IMG/VR virus record: IMGVR_UViG_3300017903_000532
Coordinates: 1-32,402 of that record
Direction: 5' to 3' (one strand)
Origin: a virus
Taxonomy: Duplodnaviria; Caudoviricetes
Length of the DNA stretch: 32,402 nucleotides
The position numbers and the translations under genes are program-made. Of the stretch, positions 18,009 through 26,246 are shown piece by piece (position 1 is the stretch's first letter; every line of letters starts with the position of its first letter). The notes below the pieces were generated by a model. The model was not told where the DNA came from and searched no databases. It saw only the letters and a program-made list of their open reading frames with translations.

Positions 18009-18425
18009 TTATACAGCCTTCAATTTCTTGCTTGTTGTAGTTGAGTATTTAGCTATGATGTTGTCCATCTGTTCAGCTTGCTTGTCAACTTCTGGAAACA
18101 ACTGTGTAAAAGCTTCTTGAAGATAAGCTTTGAAGTCTTCATTGATGGCAATCTGGTCTTTCTGCCATGCAATATCCTGCTCATTCTGCAAAAGCTTATC
18201 TTGATCAAGAAGCTCACCATGCTGTTGGTGTCTGTGAATCATGTCACCAGACTGTTCCTCAAGTTCAGCTATCTTCTTGTGCTTCATATCTGTATTGTAT
18301 CTGATACCTTGTATCATTCTGTCAATGTGATATTTGCACTGTGAATTGTGAGTCCTGTTTGACAAAGTGAAGCGACCAATAATATCCTGTGCGAAGCCGT
18401 TGATGTTTTGTGATTTCTTAGACAT
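18009..18425 (-). CDS. Coiled-coil hypothetical protein, first and monocistronic early gene
   Basis: 138 aa, AGGAGA RBS, own terminator. Confidence 0.75.
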   Translation of the reverse strand: MSKKSQNINGFAQDIIGRFTLSNRTHNSQCKYHIDRMIQGIRYNTDMKHKKIAELEEQSGDMIHRHQQHGELLDQDKLLQNEQDIAWQKDQIAINEDFKAYLQEAFTQLFPEVDKQAEQMDNIIAKYSTTTSKKLKAV

Positions 18426-18668
18426 TTGTTTCTCCTGTAATGTCAGTTATAGATAAGCTTGGCAGAACACGAATGGCGAGGGCTGTCTAGTCACGCTCGA
18501 CCGAGCGTCCTGCCATGCAGGTCGACTAGATGGGCATCGACAGTTGTGTTATGGTTTAGCGATTCTTAGCTGACTTGCAGGAGACACAAATGTCTGCTTA
18601 AGAAATCCAAAACAAATCAAAAGGCGGAGTACAGATATTATGGGGAGCGGAACTTTGTCAAACAGGAC
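18352..18668 (+). other. ~317-nt imperfect inverted repeat (rod hairpin with branched apex)
   Basis: 17-bp perfect base GTCCTGTTTGACAAAGT/ACTTTGTCAAACAGGAC, then continuous colinear helices to an apex with two small hairpins. Confidence 0.9.
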
Positions 18669-18697
18669 GGAAGGTTCATCGTGTAAAAAAAGGGAGC

Positions 18698-18930
18698 GAC
18701 TAGGAAATCAGGCGAAGAAATAAGATTTACATTTGCCACGACAAGCCATAGCTTGTCGCAAATTCTAGCAAATCTTATTTATTGCCTGACATATTTCCTA
18801 GTCCATGCGCGAACGGAGGGCGGGTCAAGCATGTTGCAAGGAAGACCCCTCGAAGGGTCAGCCTTGCAAATCCCCCCCTTTGAATTGTGACTTGACAAAC
18901 ATATTTCAACTGGTCCACAAAAGGGGGGGA
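18698..18930. other. Three further hairpins (18698-18803, 18834-18869, 18871-18930)
   Basis: GACTAGGAAAT/ATTTCCTAGTC with inner helices; TTGCAAGG/CCTTGCAA; TCCCCCCCTTT/AAAGGGGGGGA. Confidence 0.85.
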
Positions 18931-18960
18931 ACACAAGGGGGGGTTAAGAAAGGGTATTGT

Positions 18961-19338
18961 ATGAGTAACGTGGCAACGAAGCAATTAACCGCAAGACAGA
19001 CGAGGCTTGTTGATACTCTCGTAGCAAATGGATGCAGTGTGGCTGAAGCCTCTCGTCTTGCTGGTTATGCTTCTGGTGAAGCAGGGAGAGTGACAGCCAG
19101 TAAGACTTTGCGGTTGCCACATGTGCAAGCGTACATGATGCAAAGGATAGCTGAGACAATGGGTGTGTCTGCTACGGTTGCCTCTGCGAAGCTTGTGCAA
19201 CTTGCTCGTGGAGCCAAGAGTGAGTACGTGCAACTGGAAGCGAGTAAAGATATCCTAGACCGCGCAGGGTTCAAGGCTCCCGAGCGTCACATGCACATGC
19301 ACGCAGGAGACATAACCGTGCAGATTGACTTGACATAG
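18961..19338 (+). CDS. terS: Terminase small subunit
   Basis: Start ATG 18961. LT.RQ..LV....A...AGY...AS..LR.P.V..Y HTH and V.L.ASKDILDRAG oligomerisation motif; upstream of terL. Confidence 0.8.
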   Translation: MSNVATKQLTARQTRLVDTLVANGCSVAEASRLAGYASGEAGRVTASKTLRLPHVQAYMMQRIAETMGVSATVASAKLVQLARGAKSEYVQLEASKDILDRAGFKAPERHMHMHAGDITVQIDLT

Positions 19339-19424
19339 CGGTGGGGGGGTCAAAAACCCAACGTGTCAATAGTCAACACCACCCTCACTCTTATTTTTGC
19401 CACAAAGGTTCGTTATAAAAAACT

Positions 19425-19598
19425 ATGAATGATTTAGTTAATTACATATTTATTGTTTGCATAGACTTCTTGTATTGGGTTGAAGCACAAACTGGCATAA
19501 CATATGAATGGCTTAATGTTGTTTTATTTATATTTGTTCAACCTGCATTAATATTGTTATTTTTTATTTTATGGGTTAAAGCACGTTTTGTGCGTTGA
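19425..19598 (+). CDS. 57-aa membrane protein (not in ORF track)
   Basis: MNDLVNYIFIVCIDFLYWVEAQTGITYEWLNVVLFIFVQPALILLFFILWVKARFVR. Confidence 0.65.
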   Translation: MNDLVNYIFIVCIDFLYWVEAQTGITYEWLNVVLFIFVQPALILLFFILWVKARFVR

Positions 19599-19623
19599 CA
19601 TATTAATCTAATCATGTTCAATA
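19589..19623 (+). promoter_or_regulatory. Candidate late promoter
   Basis: TGTGCGTTGACA-N-ATGtTCAATA; same motif as at 5056 and 26712. Confidence 0.55.
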
Positions 19624-19633
19624 TTTTTTTATT

Positions 19634-20467
19634 ATGCCAAGTTTTTTACAACTAAGAGATACATTCAACAATCTGGATAAAGCTTTATTACCAGAGCATA
19701 TTAGTTTTTATGTTCGTGGAGTTCTTAATTCTATGTATGCTCCCTTTATTGGGGCTTCTACTATTACCGAGAATGATGTATCTGGTGAGTATCTCGAAAC
19801 ATTAAGATTTATTATTGAACAATCAAACCCTAACATGCAGGTTGGTGATACTGCATTTATTGATTATTCAGATACTAACAAGCATTTAAACTTAACCAGT
19901 ATATTTGAAAGAGATTATAATATTGATAGTATTGGCGATAGAATTAAAACTACTCTTGGCGGCTTTACTGTAATAAAAACAGAAGATGGATATACAGTAA
20001 ATGATGTTTATGATTTTGGAATTGTAGGTAATGTAAAGCGAGATGATTCTTTATTTACTGTTGCTAAAGAAGCATTCAAACAATATAAAAAAGACCCTAG
20101 GTTATATGTTCCTGCTAGAGTAATGGGTGGTTACATAATGCCAGAAAATAAAGATGGAACATCTAATTCAGACTCAATGAGAGTTTCTATTAATATTCCG
20201 CTTGAACCAAAGATAGAAGAAACTGTTTATGAAACAGAAATACCAGAAAATGCTAAAGAGTTTGTTTTGCGTGGGCCTATGACACCACAAAGAAATACTG
20301 TTTGGAATAGTTTTAAAAATTTATTAATTAAATCTGCTAGTGCTTCTGAAGCGCAAAGCCCAACTCCAATGCCAAGACCTACTATATCAGAGCGTATTAC
20401 AGAACAACCAACACCAAGACCAGATATGTCTTTATTGGCTCAAAGAAAAAGAGCAAGGAATCGATAA
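19634..20467 (+). CDS. Hypothetical protein (277 aa)
   Basis: Long ORF with Pro-rich PTP(M)PRP repeats near the C-terminus; no family recognised. Confidence 0.75.
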   Translation: MPSFLQLRDTFNNLDKALLPEHISFYVRGVLNSMYAPFIGASTITENDVSGEYLETLRFIIEQSNPNMQVGDTAFIDYSDTNKHLNLTSIFERDYNIDSIGDRIKTTLGGFTVIKTEDGYTVNDVYDFGIVGNVKRDDSLFTVAKEAFKQYKKDPRLYVPARVMGGYIMPENKDGTSNSDSMRVSINIPLEPKIEETVYETEIPENAKEFVLRGPMTPQRNTVWNSFKNLLIKSASASEAQSPTPMPRPTISERITEQPTPRPDMSLLAQRKRARNR

Positions 20468-20772
20468 TGGCTAAGACACCTGCATGGCAAAGAAAAGAAG
20501 GCAAGAATCCCAAAGGTGGATTGAATGCAAAAGGTCGTGCGTCTTACAAACAGGGTACATTAAAAGCTCCAGTAAAAAGTGGCGATAATCCTCGCAGAGC
20601 AAGTTTCCTTGCTCGAATGTCTGGTAATAGAGGCCCTGATAGAGATTCTAAAGGAAGACCTACCAGAAAATTATTAGCCCTAAGAGCTTGGGGTGCATCG
20701 AGTTCTGCTGATGCTAGAGCAAAGGCTAGAGCTATAACCAAACGAAACAAAGCAAAGAAGAGGACAGCATAA
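20467..20772 (+). CDS. Small basic protein (DUF6321-like)
   Basis: AWQRKEGKNPKGGLNAKGRAS...RRASF.ARM...PTR..L.LRAW; family name from recollection. Confidence 0.7.
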   Translation: MAKTPAWQRKEGKNPKGGLNAKGRASYKQGTLKAPVKSGDNPRRASFLARMSGNRGPDRDSKGRPTRKLLALRAWGASSSADARAKARAITKRNKAKKRTA

Positions 20773-21044
20773 TGAAAAAAGTTCCGAGTCTTCTTAAAAT
20801 AAAAGAAGGGGTTACAAAAGAAATTAAAAAGCGTGACCCTAAAGCAAAACCTAAACTAACAAAGGTTGGTCTTTTTGATTTAATGTCTAAAGACGATCAA
20901 GATGATTTAAGGCTTGAATTATTTGAAAATGAAGGCCCAATGGGTTCTCCCAGAAGCCCTAATTATGGATATAAAAATGCTTATAAAAAAGCAATTAAAA
21001 GATTAGCAATTGAATGGTTTAAACGACAAAGAAAGGGGAATTAA
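20772..21044 (+). CDS. Small Lys-rich protein
   Basis: 90 aa, TAATG coupling. Confidence 0.65.
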   Translation: MKKVPSLLKIKEGVTKEIKKRDPKAKPKLTKVGLFDLMSKDDQDDLRLELFENEGPMGSPRSPNYGYKNAYKKAIKRLAIEWFKRQRKGN

Positions 21045-21045
21045 T

Positions 21046-21192
21046 ATGCCTATGGGAAAAGGAACTTATGGTTCACAGGTTGGAAGACCACCAGCAAAAA
21101 AGAAAGCGGCTAAGAAGTCAATGTTGACTGCAAAACAGAAGACATTACCAAAAGCATTGCAACAAAGAATTATGAAATCAAAGATGAAATGA
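21046..21192 (+). CDS. 48-aa basic peptide
   Basis: MPMGKGTYGSQVGRPPAKKK...; RBS AAGGGG; start reassigned to ATG 21046. Confidence 0.7.
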   Translation: MPMGKGTYGSQVGRPPAKKKAAKKSMLTAKQKTLPKALQQRIMKSKMK

Positions 21193-21278
21193 TGCAAAAG
21201 AAACGCACACCATCTAAAGCAAAAAAGAAAAAACCAGCAAGGGAGTTACCTGCTGGTAAATACTCTAGGGGATACTAA
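21189..21278 (+). CDS. 29-aa basic peptide (not in ORF track)
   Basis: MMQKKRTPSKAKKKKPARELPAGKYSRGY; ATGA and TAATG overlaps on both sides. Confidence 0.6.
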   Translation: MMQKKRTPSKAKKKKPARELPAGKYSRGY

Positions 21279-21445
21279 TGGCAGTTAATGCGGCTGGTAA
21301 CTATACTAAACCTGCAATGAGAAGAAGAATCTTTCAACGCATTAAAGCAGGTAACAAAGGTGGTGCTAGTGGTCAATGGTCTGCTCGTAAAGCGCAGATG
21401 CTTGCCAAAGCCTACAAGAAAGCAGGAGGAGGTTATACTTCGTGA
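21278..21445 (+). CDS. 55-aa basic protein (not in ORF track)
   Basis: MAVNAAGNYTKPAMRRRIFQRIKAGNKGGASGQWSARKAQMLAKAYKKAGGGYTS; recognisable GQWSARKAQ...YK..GGGY motif. Confidence 0.8.
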   Translation: MAVNAAGNYTKPAMRRRIFQRIKAGNKGGASGQWSARKAQMLAKAYKKAGGGYTS

Positions 21446-21606
21446 CTGAATCATTATTAAAACTTAAAAGTGCTGATATAAAATATATGATGAATGATAC
21501 TGGATTTCGTTCTTATGCATCAAAGGCAAAAGTAAACCTTGATAAGATTGATGCAAAACGAATGCATAATTTATTTTTTCGTTATTTGAAAGCTACTAAT
21601 AGATGA
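21442..21606 (+). CDS. 54-aa protein (GTG start, not in ORF track)
   Basis: GTGA and ATGA overlaps on both sides, strong AGGAGG RBS; MTESLLKLKSADIKYMMND... Confidence 0.6.
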   Translation: MTESLLKLKSADIKYMMNDTGFRSYASKAKVNLDKIDAKRMHNLFFRYLKATNR

Positions 21607-21848
21607 AAGCTCCCCAACGTTCATTAGTAAACTGGACAAAACAGAAATGGCGCACCAAGTCTGGGAAGCCCTCCACTCAAGGCTCAAAAGCAACAGGTGA
21701 ACGCTATCTCCCAGAGGCGGCAATCAAAGCTCTATCCTCCTCAGAGTATGCCGCCTCTACTGCCGCCAAACGCAAAGCAATAAGAAAAGGCAAGCAGTTT
21801 AGCAAGCAACCAAAGTCTGTTGCAAAGAAAACAAAGGCGTATCGATGA
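21603..21848 (+). CDS. Small basic protein (DUF5872-like)
   Basis: Q.SL..WTKQKWRTKSGKPS...GERYLP..AIK.LS...GKQF; family name from recollection. Confidence 0.7.
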   Translation: MKAPQRSLVNWTKQKWRTKSGKPSTQGSKATGERYLPEAAIKALSSSEYAASTAAKRKAIRKGKQFSKQPKSVAKKTKAYR

Positions 21849-22039
21849 GTTATTTCACACATTCTTTAAAGAAAGAAGAAAGGGATATACTCAGACAGGT
21901 TGTTAAGAAAGTACATTTAATACACCATCCAAAAGAATTTTGTACTGATACAGAAGCTGATAAAGTTATTAATACTATTGGGCCAGAGGTTGTAGAGCGT
22001 ATGATTAAGTTTGGTGTTGATAATAATGACCGCCTTTAA
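21845..22039 (+). CDS. Hypothetical protein preceding terL
   Basis: 64 aa, ATGA overlap with the upstream gene. Confidence 0.7.
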   Translation: MSYFTHSLKKEERDILRQVVKKVHLIHHPKEFCTDTEADKVINTIGPEVVERMIKFGVDNNDRL

Positions 22040-23546
22040 ATATAAACCTGATGGTGATATTCTTAAATCTTTTATGAAAGATAATAGTTTCTTTCGAGGA
22101 TTGCGTGGGCCAGTTGGCTCTGGCAAATCTGTTTGTTGTTGCGTTGAAGTATTTAGAAGAGCATTAGGTCAAGCAAAAAATGCTGATGGTATAAGACGAT
22201 CTAGATGGGCAATCATACGAAATACGAACCCACAACTCAGAACTACCACAATAAAAACATGGCTTGATTGGTTTCCAGAACATGTTTGGGGGAAGTTTAA
22301 CTGGTCTGTGCCTTACACACATCATATTAAACAATCTGATTTAGACCTCGAAGTTATCTTTTTAGCATTAGATAGACCAGAAGATGTAAAGAAATTATTA
22401 TCATTAGAGCTTACAGGCATTTGGGTAAATGAAGCTAGAGAAATACCTAAGTCTATTATTGATGCTTGTACAATGCGTGTTGGTCGTTTTCCGTCTATGA
22501 AGGATGGTGGATGCACTTGGACAGGATTAATCTGTGATACTAACGCACCAGAAGAAGACCATTGGTGGCCTATCATGTCAGGAGAAGTTCCAGTTCCAGA
22601 CCATATTCCTAAAGAAGAAGCAAGGATGCTTGTTAAACCAGACAACTGGGAGTTTTATACACAACCAGCAGGAATGCTAGAAAAGAAAGATGAGGAGGGC
22701 AATGTTACTGAATACACTCGAAATAAAAGCGCAGAGAATGTAAACAATATGAGGGAAGACTATTACAGCAATATTGTAATGGGTAAAACAAAAAGCTGGA
22801 TTGATGTATATGTAATGAATAAATTAGGGAGTATTAAAGATGGCAAACCCATTTATCCCATGTTTGCACCTGATGTCCACATTGCCAAAGAAGAAATACC
22901 AGTTGCCGCCTCCCTTCCTGTTTATGTTGGTATTGATTTTGGCCTTACTCCTGCTTGTGCATTCGGTCAAAAAGTTAGAGGCAGGTGGCTAATACTTCAA
23001 GAGATTGTAGCTTTTGATATGGGCATTGTTAAGTTTTCTGAAATACTAAGGCAAGAATTATCAACACGTTATAGCATGTGTGAAGCTATAATATTTGGCG
23101 ACCCTGCAGGCGATTTCCGCGCACAGACTGACGAGTCAACCCCCTTTCAAATATTGCGTGGAGCAGGATTAGTTGCTAGACCTGCGCCTTCTAATGATGT
23201 TTCTTTGCGTCTTGAATCTGTTTCCTCTCCATTAAACAGAATGGTTGAAGGCCAATCTGGATTACTTATAGACCCTAGATGTAGAAACATTATAAAAGGT
23301 TTTGAAGGGGGATACCAATATAGAAGGTTGCAGGTTTCTGGAGAAAGATTTGATGACAAGCCAGAAAAAAATCATTACTCTCATATACACGATGCGCTTC
23401 AATATCTTATGTTAGGAGCAGGTGAAGGCAGACAAGTTATGCACAATATGAACATAACAAAGGGTGCTTTCCAAGCAAAAAGAGAATACGATGTCTTTAC
23501 AAGACAACCAAGAAAGCGTAGACAAGGATTATGGGCTAGAATGTAA
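22026..23546 (+). CDS. terL: Terminase large subunit
   Basis: Walker A GPVGSGKS, Walker B variant IWVNE, DTN coupling motif, nuclease GIDFG ... GDPAG ... H.HDALQY; start ATG 22026. Confidence 0.95.
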   Translation: MTAFKYKPDGDILKSFMKDNSFFRGLRGPVGSGKSVCCCVEVFRRALGQAKNADGIRRSRWAIIRNTNPQLRTTTIKTWLDWFPEHVWGKFNWSVPYTHHIKQSDLDLEVIFLALDRPEDVKKLLSLELTGIWVNEAREIPKSIIDACTMRVGRFPSMKDGGCTWTGLICDTNAPEEDHWWPIMSGEVPVPDHIPKEEARMLVKPDNWEFYTQPAGMLEKKDEEGNVTEYTRNKSAENVNNMREDYYSNIVMGKTKSWIDVYVMNKLGSIKDGKPIYPMFAPDVHIAKEEIPVAASLPVYVGIDFGLTPACAFGQKVRGRWLILQEIVAFDMGIVKFSEILRQELSTRYSMCEAIIFGDPAGDFRAQTDESTPFQILRGAGLVARPAPSNDVSLRLESVSSPLNRMVEGQSGLLIDPRCRNIIKGFEGGYQYRRLQVSGERFDDKPEKNHYSHIHDALQYLMLGAGEGRQVMHNMNITKGAFQAKREYDVFTRQPRKRRQGLWARM

Positions 23547-23557
23547 AGGAGCTTAAT

Positions 23558-23776
23558 ATGTGTTTACCAAGACCATCAAGACCATCACGACCTGCTGTTG
23601 ACCCAAATGTTGAAGCAATGAGAAGAGATCAAGAAGCGACTGAACGCAGAAAAATAGCTGACAATAAAGCAGAAGCACTTGAAGCAAGAGTAAGAAGAAT
23701 GCGAGGTGGCTCTGGATTGCGTTCTTTGTTAACTAGCAATCGTGGTGGATTAGGATATTATAGCGAAACATTATAA
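23558..23776 (+). CDS. Small virion/assembly protein before portal
   Basis: MC..P-rich N-terminus, G.RSLLT; AGGAG RBS; typical pre-portal gene in podoviruses. Confidence 0.7.
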   Translation: MCLPRPSRPSRPAVDPNVEAMRRDQEATERRKIADNKAEALEARVRRMRGGSGLRSLLTSNRGGLGYYSETL

Positions 23777-25323
23777 TGGATAAACTAGCTGAAAACATGT
23801 TGCAAAAATACGAACGAGCTAAAACACATCGTTCTTATTTTGAGCCTTTATATGAAGAATGTTATGAATACGCTTTGCCTATGCGTAAGAGTTTTTTTAC
23901 AGAAGCAATAGGTCAAAGAAGAGATGATAAGATATTTGATGAGACAGCAGTAGTAGGAACACAAGAGTTTGCATCTCGTTTGCAATCTGGTCTTGTTCCT
24001 AACTTTGCAAGATGGGCAGACTTCATTGCTGGTTCTGAAGTTCCAAAAGAAGAGCAAGATGCGGTAAATAATCAGTTAGATGAGGTTACAGAATATGTAT
24101 TTGAAGTTATTCAAAACTCTAACTTTGGTCAGGAAATACACGAAAGCTTTATGGATTTGGCTGTTGGCACAGGCATCTTACTGGTTCAAGAAGGTAATGC
24201 AATTAATCCAGTCCGCTTTAATGCAATTCCATTACCATCTGTTATGCTGGACACTGGGCCTGATGATAACATTGACCACGTTTATAGGGAACGCGAACTT
24301 AAATATATCGACATACCTATCGCATATCCGAAAGCAAATTTACTTGAAAAAGTACGTAGAGGAGTCGAATCAACGCCAGAAGAAAAAGCCAAAGTCTTAG
24401 AAGTTGTTTGTAGAAACTATCAAAAGAAAAATGAAGAAAGATATGATTACTTTGTTATTGATAGAACAAAACAAGAGTTAATACATCAAGAACAATTTAC
24501 TGGGACAGGCTCTAATCCTTTTGTATGTTTTCGTTGGTCTAAAGCGGCTGGTGAAATATATGGCAGAGGCCCACTTATCAATGCATTAAGCGCAATCAAA
24601 ACTACTAACCTTACAATCGAACTTGTATTAGAAAATGCACAGATGGCTATCTCAGGCATTTATCAAATGGATGATGATGGAGTTATAAATACAGATACAA
24701 TAAACCTCGTTCCGGGAACTATCATCCCAAAGGCGCAAGGCTCACAAGGTTTACAACCTATACGTCCTGCAGGTAGTTTTGATGTTGCCAATCTTGTTCT
24801 AGGTGATATGAGAAATAATATTAAACGCGCTTTATATAATGATATGCTTGGCGATCCAAACAAAACACCTGCATCTGCAACAGAAGTAGCAGAACGTATG
24901 GCTGATTTATCAAGACGTATTGGTTCCGCTTTTGGACGATTACAAGCCGAAATGGTACAGCCTGTATTACAACGAGTTGTACATATTTTAAAGAAACAGG
25001 GACGTATAGAAATACCTACTATTAATGGGAGAGAGGTTAAAATACGTTCTGTATCTCCATTAGCACAAGCGCAAGCTAATCAAGATATATCAAACGTATC
25101 ACGTTATTTAGGTTTAGTTGGGCAAACATTTGGTCCAGAGCTGTTAAATTTACTTGTTTCATCTGAAGATACTGCTGTGTATCTTGCCAAAAAGTTTGGT
25201 GTGCCTGATTCTTTAATAAGAGATGATGCTCAAAGACAACAGATAATAATGGCGGCTCAACAACAAATGGCAATGCAACAACAGCAACAGGGTATGATGA
25301 ATGACGCAACATCTGGGAATTGA
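23776..25323 (+). CDS. Portal (head-tail connector, T7 gp8/Bbp21-like)
   Basis: 515 aa; IFD.T, DL...GTG, RW....GE.YGRGP, SATEV.ER, FGRLQ.E...P motifs. Confidence 0.95.
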   Translation: MDKLAENMLQKYERAKTHRSYFEPLYEECYEYALPMRKSFFTEAIGQRRDDKIFDETAVVGTQEFASRLQSGLVPNFARWADFIAGSEVPKEEQDAVNNQLDEVTEYVFEVIQNSNFGQEIHESFMDLAVGTGILLVQEGNAINPVRFNAIPLPSVMLDTGPDDNIDHVYRERELKYIDIPIAYPKANLLEKVRRGVESTPEEKAKVLEVVCRNYQKKNEERYDYFVIDRTKQELIHQEQFTGTGSNPFVCFRWSKAAGEIYGRGPLINALSAIKTTNLTIELVLENAQMAISGIYQMDDDGVINTDTINLVPGTIIPKAQGSQGLQPIRPAGSFDVANLVLGDMRNNIKRALYNDMLGDPNKTPASATEVAERMADLSRRIGSAFGRLQAEMVQPVLQRVVHILKKQGRIEIPTINGREVKIRSVSPLAQAQANQDISNVSRYLGLVGQTFGPELLNLLVSSEDTAVYLAKKFGVPDSLIRDDAQRQQIIMAAQQQMAMQQQQQGMMNDATSGN

Positions 25324-25558
25324 TGGCTTTCCACGCAGTAAAGAAAATGATGAAATCATTTCCAAAAATTTTCAAAGTGTATTTAATACACCATCTGGTA
25401 AGGCAGTATTAGCTTATTTGCGTTCTGTTACTCTTGATTTAGTATCAGGGCCAAACGCATCTGATGGCGAACTACGTCACAGAGAAGGGCAACGATTTAT
25501 TGTTGCTATTATTGAAAAACGAATTGAACATGCACAAAGGATAAAAGATAATGGATGA
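25301..25558 (+). CDS. Bbp19-like protein
   Basis: VF.TPSG..VL.YL ... EGQR..V..I; follows the portal. Confidence 0.75.
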   Translation: MTQHLGIDGFPRSKENDEIISKNFQSVFNTPSGKAVLAYLRSVTLDLVSGPNASDGELRHREGQRFIVAIIEKRIEHAQRIKDNG

Positions 25559-26246
25559 AGTTGTAGATAATGTGGAAGCAACAGCAGAAGCACCTACTGA
25601 TTCAAGACCAGAATGGTTGCCAGAAAAGTTTAAAACACCAGAAGATTTAGTTACTTCTTACTCTAATCTTGAAAGCAAACTAGGCTCTAGTCAAGAAGAA
25701 ATAAAAGCAAATTTATTACAAGAGTTAGAAACAGAAGCATTGTCATCACGACCTGCTACTGTAGGTGACTATCAAGTTCCAGAAACATTAGATGAATCTC
25801 TTGTTAATGATAATGAATTATTTCAATGGTGGGCTAATCATTCATTTGAAAATGGATATAGTCAGGAAGAATTTGAAGCTGGTATTTCAAAGTATGCAGA
25901 GTTTGCGGAAACATTTCAACCTGATTTAGAATATGAAAAACAACAACTTGGCGATAATGCAGATGCACGTATTGAGGCTGTTGATTTATGGGCTAATAAA
26001 TTTTTTCCAGAAGAACTAGGCGATGCAATACTTTTACTTGGGCAATCTGCTCAAGGAATACAAGCATTAGAATATATTATGGAAAAAACAAATAGCTCTT
26101 CTGTAAGCCCTGATATACAACCAACAGGCAGAATAACAGAAGCAGATTTGCGTTCTAAAATGCAAGACCCAAGATATTGGAATCCTTCAAAACGTGATCC
26201 AGCGTTTGTAAAAGAAATAGAAGATGGTTTTTCCAAACTCTATTAA
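25551..26246 (+). CDS. Capsid scaffolding protein
   Basis: Acidic, RPEWLPEKF...Y..LE..LG and C-terminal M.DPRY....DP motif. Confidence 0.85.
   Translation: MDEVVDNVEATAEAPTDSRPEWLPEKFKTPEDLVTSYSNLESKLGSSQEEIKANLLQELETEALSSRPATVGDYQVPETLDESLVNDNELFQWWANHSFENGYSQEEFEAGISKYAEFAETFQPDLEYEKQQLGDNADARIEAVDLWANKFFPEELGDAILLLGQSAQGIQALEYIMEKTNSSSVSPDIQPTGRITEADLRSKMQDPRYWNPSKRDPAFVKEIEDGFSKLY

Noticed and set aside
18577-18601. RBS plus ATG on the + strand in the right arm (GCAGGAGACACAAATG)
   Set aside because: Reads ATG TCT GCT TAA; it is the mirror image of the left arm, not a gene.
18352-18668. Hairpin as a 5'-UTR structure sequestering the RBS of the 138-aa gene in its mRNA
   Set aside because: Possible in principle, but on the mRNA (minus) strand the wobble pairs become A-C mismatches, so the + strand fold is favoured.
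18805-18960. N-terminal extension of terS in the ORF track
   Set aside because: Runs through hairpins and G/C tracts; ATG 18961 has a purine-rich RBS and starts the recognisable domain.
22422-22442. TerL Walker B reads WVNE rather than hhDE, suggesting inactivity
   Set aside because: The catalytic Glu and all other motifs are intact; treated as a natural variant.
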